This document shows positions 57,759-64,000 of a DNA stretch of 64,000 nt, piece by piece. The position numbers and the translations under genes are program-made. The notes below the pieces were generated by a model. The model was not told the DNA's origin. It saw only the letters and a list, made by a program, of their open reading frames with translations, and did no database searches. How positions within the stretch are numbered: position 1 is the stretch's first letter; every line of letters begins with the position of its first letter. The stretch comes from Amoebidium appalachense (lineage: Eukaryota; Protista; Ichthyosporea): NCBI GenBank assembly GCA_963693365.1, contig CAVNZM010000008.1, forward strand, positions 1,612,001 to 1,676,000, read 5' to 3'.

Positions 57759-60700
57759 TGTTGGACATTGTGTTCATAGAAGCTAGTTCTAGTGCACGTT
57801 GTTCCTTCTGTAAGTCAGAAATGATTGCATCTTGTGAGGCCAACCTCTGCTCCAGTAGTTGGACTAGTTGCTGCAACTGTAAGTTGTCAGACATAGTGTC
57901 GTGTATGATGGGTAACTAGTCTATGTGTTTTGTGCACTGGAAACGACAGTAGAAAAGTGTAAATCAAACGTTCTGCTTCCCATGTTTGTGACATGGGAGG
58001 CACTGCTTTATATAGTCGTTGGCCACCTCATGGTGGCCTCGTGTGCACCCTGGTGGTGGGCCATGTACAGCATGGCCGAAAAGAGAGCACAATGAAAACA
58101 AGTCGTTAAAGATATAAAAGTTAACTGTGCACGTTGAGTGGCTAGTTAACTTGCACTAAAGCACACAAATAAATGTGTTTAACACACCAATTGCAGTTAA
58201 ACGTAAATCTTGCTTCACACAACTAAAAATATTCTGAGAATATCCGGGAATAAAGCACACTACCACTCTAAGAATAGAATCCTGTGGCAAATATAGACAT
58301 GACATCATCTGAACCGGGAATATTAATTAATGAGCACAATTAGCACGTTGCTAGTGAAGCTCGTCATTGGTACAGTTTTGGCTCAAACATATAACTACCA
58401 TATATGAATATGACCGTAAACAAAAGCTCTATGCACTCGAGTGAGTGTTGAAACAGTTATTCAATTGCTCAGAAACTTTCTCTAACAGACATTGCTAGCC
58501 GGGAGTACCAGTGTACTCCAACACCCCTACTCAATTGGATAATTGTGGTATGAATTAATGCAACTGAGCTCGAGTGCTTCAGGTGCACAAAATACAGACA
58601 ATAAAGATTCCCCTACTCAATTTTAGTATGGTACACGTAGTTGCACAGTCGGATGCAACTCTCTCCCCCCCCCTGAAGTATGAGGGCGCAGTTGGTTGAT
58701 GACGGGTGCTCAGCACATGTTGAGCATCCCCACGGCCTTGGTGAAGAAAGAGGCAGACAGGGCCTTGGTGAACATGTCGGCCTTGTTGTCAGCAGAAGCC
58801 ACCGGGACCACAGTGATGTTGCCCAGCAGGTGATGTTCCTTGACGGAGCAGTAGCGGACGTCGATGTGCTTGGTCTTGGGCTTAACCCCCAGGGTGTCCA
58901 GCAGGGCCCGGGCAGACTCATTGTCCCCATGGATGGGCACCGGGGTGGGCTCATTGATAGGATTAAGGCCCAGGTCGTCCATCACATAGTTGAGCCATAG
59001 GGCCTCGTTCGTAGCAGCAGACATGGCCACAAATTCAGCCTCAGTGGAGCTGTGGGTGGTGATGGACTGGAGCCGAGACACCCAGGACACAGGGGAGGAG
59101 TTGATGAAGAAGACATAGCCCGTGGTGGAGCGCCGGGTGTCGCGGTCCTCGGCGTAGTCGGAGTCGGAGTAGCCAACAAGGTTGGGGGGGCCGGGACGGT
59201 AGACAATACCCAGGTCGATGGTGGCCAGCAGGTAGGTTACAACTCTGGTAGCCATAGTCCAGTGGGTGACGGTGGGCGCATGAATGTGTCGAGTAAGGAC
59301 TCCCAGAGCCTGGGAAATGTCGGGGCGGGTGGTACGCGCAATCCACAGCAGGGCACCGACCAGGCTGGCATAGTCCTCCTTCTTGCTGTAGGCTGGGGTC
59401 TTGTTGCTTTCACTGGCCTGGCCCGGGACGATGGGGGTCTTGGTGCCGGACATGTGGGTGAGACGAAAACGGGCAGCCAAGTCGATGATGTGTTGACGAT
59501 GGCCCAGACGCAGAGACCCGTCCTCCAGCCAGGTAAGAGTGTGCCCGATGAGCAGGGTAGGACGACCCAGGTCCTTGGCAGAGAAACGAGCATCCAGCTT
59601 GGTGAAAAAATCGTCGATGAGCGCATCAGTGGCGGCCGTCACGGTGAAGTCATCCACGTAGGCAGCAAGGGCAATAAACGTTGGGGTCCCGGCATTCTTG
59701 ATGAACAGGCACGGGTCAGCAGCACTCACAATGAAGCCTTGGTCGAGGAGATGGTCACGGAGGGCCTCATACCACTGGCGCGGTGCCTGTTTTAGGCCGT
59801 AGAGCGCCTTGTGGAGCAAGCCGACAGCATGGGGGGCCGAGGGGTTGACGAAGCCAGGGGGCTGCTCAATGTAGATGGTCTCGTTGACGGTGCCGTTGAG
59901 GAATGCTGTGTTGACGTCGATGTGGCGCAGAGGCAGACCTTGGGCCACGGAGGTAGCCAAAACCAGCCGGATGGTAGCCAGCGCAGCCACAGGTGACTCG
60001 GTGACGAAATAGTCCTGGCCAGGCTGCTGGTAGTTGCCCCGGGCCACAAGCCGGGCCTTGAAAGCAGTGACGTTGCCGACGTTGTCCTGCTTGACCGTAA
60101 AGACCCAGCCGACCGGAATGACAGTGGAGCCATCCTCTGGACGGGGCACAAGGGTGAAGGTGCCGTTGTCTTCCAGGGCCTTGAGCTCACGGTGTGCAGC
60201 CTCCTCCCATTTCAGACGCTGGGGACTCTTGAGTGCAGCCCGGACAGTCTTGGGGACAACAATGGTGGAAGCCTTGATGGGTGTTGATGCAGGAGCCGTA
60301 GCCTGGGGGGCAAGGGGGGCCGTAGCAGCAGCCACGTTGGCAGTCGGGCCTCGACGTTGGTCGTTGTACACAGCGCCACTACGGGTCGTCCGGGGGAGCC
60401 GATGTGCAGGCTCGGGCAGGATCGGAATGTCCAATTGATCACTCGGCGCTGTCCCATTGGCTGACAGACGAGACGAATCAGATTGCTGATCATTCCGGAC
60501 GATGTGATTGGCTGGCTGATTTGACGAATCAGATGACTCCAAAAAATGATGAATTGCCGGTGCGGTCGACCAATCAGATGGGACATCACGGAGGGGGTGC
60601 AGAATAGCAGCCTCGTCGAACTGCACGTCACGGCTGACGGTCATCTTGTGTGCTGCTGGAATCCAGACCTTGTAGCCCTTGATGTTAGGAGGGTAGCCCA

Positions 60701-63651
60701 CGAAGATGCCCTTGACGGCACGAGGCGCCAGTTTCGGTGTATCCTGTTGATGGACGTAGCAGGGAGAGCCCCAGACACGGAGCCGGCTGTAGTCGGGAGG
60801 AATGCCGGTCCACAGCAGGGCGGGAGACGATTGGCTGCCGGTGGCTCGCGACGGGAGCATGTTGCGTATAAAAGCCGCGGTCACAGCTGCCTCGGCCCAG
60901 AATCCCACCGGAAGGCCGGACTGCTGCAGGAGTGCCCGAACCATGTCGAGGAGGGTCCGGTTCAGTCGTTCGGCAGTCCCATTCTGTTGAGGAGAGCCGG
61001 TGGTAGTGATCTGATGGCGAATGCCATGCTCACGGTTGTAGTCCCCGAAGGCCGTGCCCATGTACTCGCCCCCCCGTCGGACTGAAACACCTGCATGGGA
61101 ACACCGTGTTGGGTAACCGCCGCCTTGTGGTACGTCACATATGCAGCCAGTGTGTCCGACTTCTTGACGAGGGGCACGGCCGTGGTGTGGCCGGTGAATT
61201 CGTCGTGGAACGTCGCCAAGTACTGAGCACCACCGATCGCGGGAGGGGAAGGGGCCGCTGATGTCGCTGTGAACCTTGGCTAGGACCCGGGGAGCTTGGC
61301 TAGTTGATTCGGAGAAGGCAACACGGTGGGCTTTGCCGAGGGCACAGGGCTCACACACACCCGGAGACTTGGCACCGCCACCCACCAACAGGCCTGCAGA
61401 CTTGATGACCGAGCGTACAGCGTCAATGCCAGCATGGCCCAGACGGTAGTGCCACGTGTTGAGGTCGGCAGTAACCTTGAGGATACGCGGAGCAGTGGTG
61501 GTTTGGGCGTCCGGGGTTGTGTCCGCGCGCAGAAGAGACACCGCCATGTGGTACAGCTTGGTGCCGACAGCCGAGCCGGTGGCCAGAATTTGATCGCCGT
61601 AGCACAACTTAACGCCGCCGCGGGTGTCAAAGCGGGGTAAAACACCGTTGGTAGTTGCCGTGAACACACTGATGAGAGTGTCGGGGATGGAGGGCACGTA
61701 GAGTACATCCGTCAGCTGATGCACCGCAGTAACGCCGTCGATGGTGCTGGAAAAGAACACGTCGCCCACCCCAAGCACTGCACATGCACCCTTGTCGGCT
61801 ACTTGGACCGTGGAGTAAGGCGCCGCACGCATGTTGATGAACACATCGGGCCGGGGGCACACATGGTCAGTGGCTCCAGAGTCGAGGAGCACCTTGTTGG
61901 TGCCACAGTCGTTGTTAGACATGAGGAAAGCCCGGGGAGCGGCAGCCCCCCCCTTGCACTGTGCCGTAGTGTGGGTAGTAGAGGCAGGGTGGTTGATGCA
62001 GGACCCAGGCGGGAGGGGACCACCCTTAGGTTTGCGGCCGTTGGCACGGTTGCCCCCCTTGCACATGGCGGTAGTGTGACTGGTAGACAGTGGGTGGTTG
62101 ACGCAGGAACCCTTGGGGTAGGTGCTGGCACGGTTGTTGCCAGAGTTGCTGTGTTGGCCGTTGCCGTTGGGGCACTGAGACTTGATGTGGCCTGGTTTGC
62201 CGCAGCCGTGGCAGATGACAGGTTGAGGAGCCCGTGTGGTGAAGGCGGCCGGCCCGGAGCTGGTAGTCACACGTGCACGTGGGTGGCTGGTCTCATATGC
62301 CCGTAGCTGTTGGAGGAGGCCCATCACGGTAGGCTTGGGTGTCATCTTGTAGGCAATTACAGGCATTTCGTAGTAAGGCACCTTGCCGAGGTCGTTGGTG
62401 AGCTTGGTCAGCACTTGAGCATCACCAATTTGTGTGCCGTAATCGGCCAGGCGCCGCACGTAGCCGCGGAGTTTCATGGCGTATTTCGTCGCGGTGTCCG
62501 TAGGTTCAGGCGTAGAATTCATGTACAGCCCGATAAGGTCGTACTGATTGGCCTCAGATTGCTCCAGGTAGTGGGCAGATAGGGCCGACCATATCTCCGC
62601 AGGTGTGGTGGTGCGTGTTAACCCTAGGATACAACGCACGTCAACCGAGAGTGCTTGCCACAGGTAGGAACGGGCAGTGTCGACCTGTTCACGGGTAGCC
62701 GGGTGCTCCGTACTGGGCGCGATGGTGTGGAGAAGACCAGCACCAGAAAGCTGGACATACATGGTTTCGGCCCATGTGTGGTAGTCCGTGCCTGAATCAT
62801 TATCAATGCCAGTGAAGAGAGGGATGTCGACCTTGAACTTGATGGAATCATTACGTGAGGGGCCCATAACCCTGTTGGACATTGTGTTCATAGAAGCTAG
62901 TTCTAGTGCACGTTGTTCCTTCTGTAAGTCAGAAATGATTGCATCTTGTGAGGCCAACCTCTGCTCCAGTAGTTGGACTAGTTGCTGCAACTGTAAGTTG
63001 TCAGACATAGTGTCGTGTATGATGGGTAACTAGTCTATGTGTTTTGTGCACTGGAAACGACAGTAGAAAAGTGTAAATCAAACGTTCTGCTTCCCATGTT
63101 TGTGACATGGGAGGCACTGCTTTATATAGTCGTTGGCCACCTCATGGTGGCCTCGTGTGCACCCTGGTGGTGGGCCATGTACAGCATGGCCGAAAAGAGA
63201 GCACAATGAAAACAAGTCGTTAAAGATATAAAAGTTAACTGTGCACGTTGAGTGGCTAGTTAACTTGCACTAAAGCACACAAATAAATGTGTTTAACACA
63301 CCAATTGCAGTTAAACGTAAATCTTGCTTCACACAACTAAAAATATTCTGAGAATATCCGGGAATAAAGCACACTACCACTCTAAGAATAGAATCCTGTG
63401 GCAAATATAGACATGACATCATCTGAACCGGGAATATTAATTAATGAGCACAATTAGCACGTTGCTAGTGAAGCTCGTCATTGGTACAGTTTTGGCTCAA
63501 ACATATAACTACCATATATGAATATGACCGTAAACAAAAGCTCTATGCACTCGAGTGAGTGTTGAAACAGTTATTCAATTGCTCAGAAACTTTCTCTAAC
63601 AGACATTGCTAGCCGGGAGTACCAGTGTACTTCCTCTTTTTTGTTCCAACA
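57759..63651 (-). mobile_element. Full-length Ty1/copia element, family D
   Basis: LTRs 57759-58523 and 62873-63651 (TGTTGG...CCAACA); TSD GGGCC; half-tRNA-iMet PBS GGGTTATGGGCCC (62860-62872). Confidence 0.97.
58710..63008 (-). CDS. pol: Copia D gag-pol polyprotein, 1432 aa (compensated frameshift in the integrase core)
   Basis: CHGCGKPGHIKSQC, LLDSGATDH, WHYRLGH, QQNGTAERLNR, KARLVARG, YVDD, YSDSDYA, KADMFTK. Confidence 0.95.
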   Translation of the reverse strand: MSDNLQLQQLVQLLEQRLASQDAIISDLQKEQRALELASMNTMSNRVMGPSRNDSIKFKVDIPLFTGIDNDSGTDYHTWAETMYVQLSGAGLLHTIAPSTEHPATREQVDTARSYLWQALSVDVRCILGLTRTTTPAEIWSALSAHYLEQSEANQYDLIGLYMNSTPEPTDTATKYAMKLRGYVRRLADYGTQIGDAQVLTKLTNDLGKVPYYEMPVIAYKMTPKPTVMGLLQQLRAYETSHPRARVTTSSGPAAFTTRAPQPVICHGCGKPGHIKSQCPNGNGQHSNSGNNRASTYPKGSCVNHPLSTSHTTAMCKGGNRANGRKPKGGPLPPGSCINHPASTTHTTAQCKGGAAAPRAFLMSNNDCGTNKVLLDSGATDHVCPRPDVFINMRAAPYSTVQVADKGACAVLGVGDVFFSSTIDGVTAVHQLTDVLYVPSIPDTLISVFTATTNGVLPRFDTRGGVKLCYGDQILATGSAVGTKLYHMAVSLLRADTTPDAQTTTAPRILKVTADLNTWHYRLGHAGIDAVRSVIKSAGLLVGGGAKSPGVCEPCALGKAHRVAFSESTSQAPRVLAKVHSDISGPFPSRDRWCSVLGDVPRRIHRPHHGRAPRQEVGHTGCICDVPQGGGYPTRCSHAGVSVRRGGEYMGTAFGDYNREHGIRHQITTTGSPQQNGTAERLNRTLLDMVRALLQQSGLPVGFWAEAAVTAAFIRNMLPSRATGSQSSPALLWTGIPPDYSRLRVWGSPCYVHQQDTPKLAPRAVKGIFVGYPPNIKGYKVWIPAAHKMTVSRDVQFDEAAILHPLRDVPSDWSTAPAIHHFLESSDSSNQPANHIVRNDQQSDSSRLSANGTAPSDQLDIPILPEPAHRLPRTTRSGAVYNDQRRGPTANVAAATAPLAPQATAPASTPIKASTIVVPKTVRAALKSPQRLKWEEAAHRELKALEDNGTFTLVPRPEDGSTVIPVGWVFTVKQDNVGNVTAFKARLVARGNYQQPGQDYFVTESPVAALATIRLVLATSVAQGLPLRHIDVNTAFLNGTVNETIYIEQPPGFVNPSAPHAVGLLHKALYGLKQAPRQWYEALRDHLLDQGFIVSAADPCLFIKNAGTPTFIALAAYVDDFTVTAATDALIDDFFTKLDARFSAKDLGRPTLLIGHTLTWLEDGSLRLGHRQHIIDLAARFRLTHMSGTKTPIVPGQASESNKTPAYSKKEDYASLVGALLWIARTTRPDISQALGVLTRHIHAPTVTHWTMATRVVTYLLATIDLGIVYRPGPPNLVGYSDSDYAEDRDTRRSTTGYVFFINSSPVSWVSRLQSITTHSSTEAEFVAMSAATNEALWLNYVMDDLGLNPINEPTPVPIHGDNESARALLDTLGVKPKTKHIDVRYCSVKEHHLLGNITVVPVASADNKADMFTKALSASFFTKAVGMLNMC

Positions 63652-64000
63652 GGGCCTTGATCCGAAACCTGGGGGCTATATAAGAAAGCCGTCCCAGTAC
63701 GGGGATCACATCAGTGAAGTCTGAGACAGACTGAGTCGGCCCATAGTAAAAGCAACCTGGCCGCGTGTGCCTTTCTACCCGTTCTCTGTCTTTATTTTGA
63801 TTCAGTTGTACTCTGCCTTATCCTAACTAGTCCAACTGTTTACATTGGCGACCGCGCAGTTCAAGAATCTCGCATCCTTCGAATCTCACATCTTTCAATC
63901 AGTTCAAGAATCTCACATCTTTCAATCAGCTCAAGAATCTCCCATGGCCGATCACAATCCTTTTTACCCCGATGATAGGCACATCTTTCCTTGTCCGGCT

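Larger units (their letters stand above)
57467..64000 (+). mobile_element. Family A copy 3 (5' LTR split by copia D; runs off window end)
   Basis: LTR parts 57467-57758 and 63652-63844, PBS TGGCGACCGCG at 63846, then the 5' leader tandem repeats. Confidence 0.93.

Overview
Eukaryotic, repeat-saturated genomic DNA. Most of the window is a deeply nested transposon cluster, labelled here with my own family letters. Family A is a non-autonomous Ty3/gypsy family (3 copies). Family B is a chromodomain-bearing Ty3/gypsy family (4 copies). Families C and D are Ty1/copia elements with half-tRNA-iMet primer sites, and there is a further copia gag remnant. The cluster also holds non-LTR (LINE-type RT) pieces, a DIRS/Ngaro-type tyrosine-recombinase retroelement, a probable CACTA end and a MITE. 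It surrounds one 7-exon host gene, a GT31-family galactosyltransferase-like protein (32095-39770), whose introns are packed with C-rich simple repeats. Most ORFs in the supplied track are microsatellite or shadow-frame artefacts. Main observations: (1) three split target-site duplications and LTR-variant pairing show that ~14-20 kb is inverted; (2) one copia copy integrated with a U5-U5 fold-back end in place of a 5' LTR; (3) two apparent copies of reverse-transcription primers sit next to LTRs. One is clearly tRNA-iMet. The other suggests that family B, which has no canonical PBS, may be primed by a ~12-nt 5' tRNA(Ala)-like fragment. All comparisons were made by eye, and tRNA matches rely on recalled sequences.
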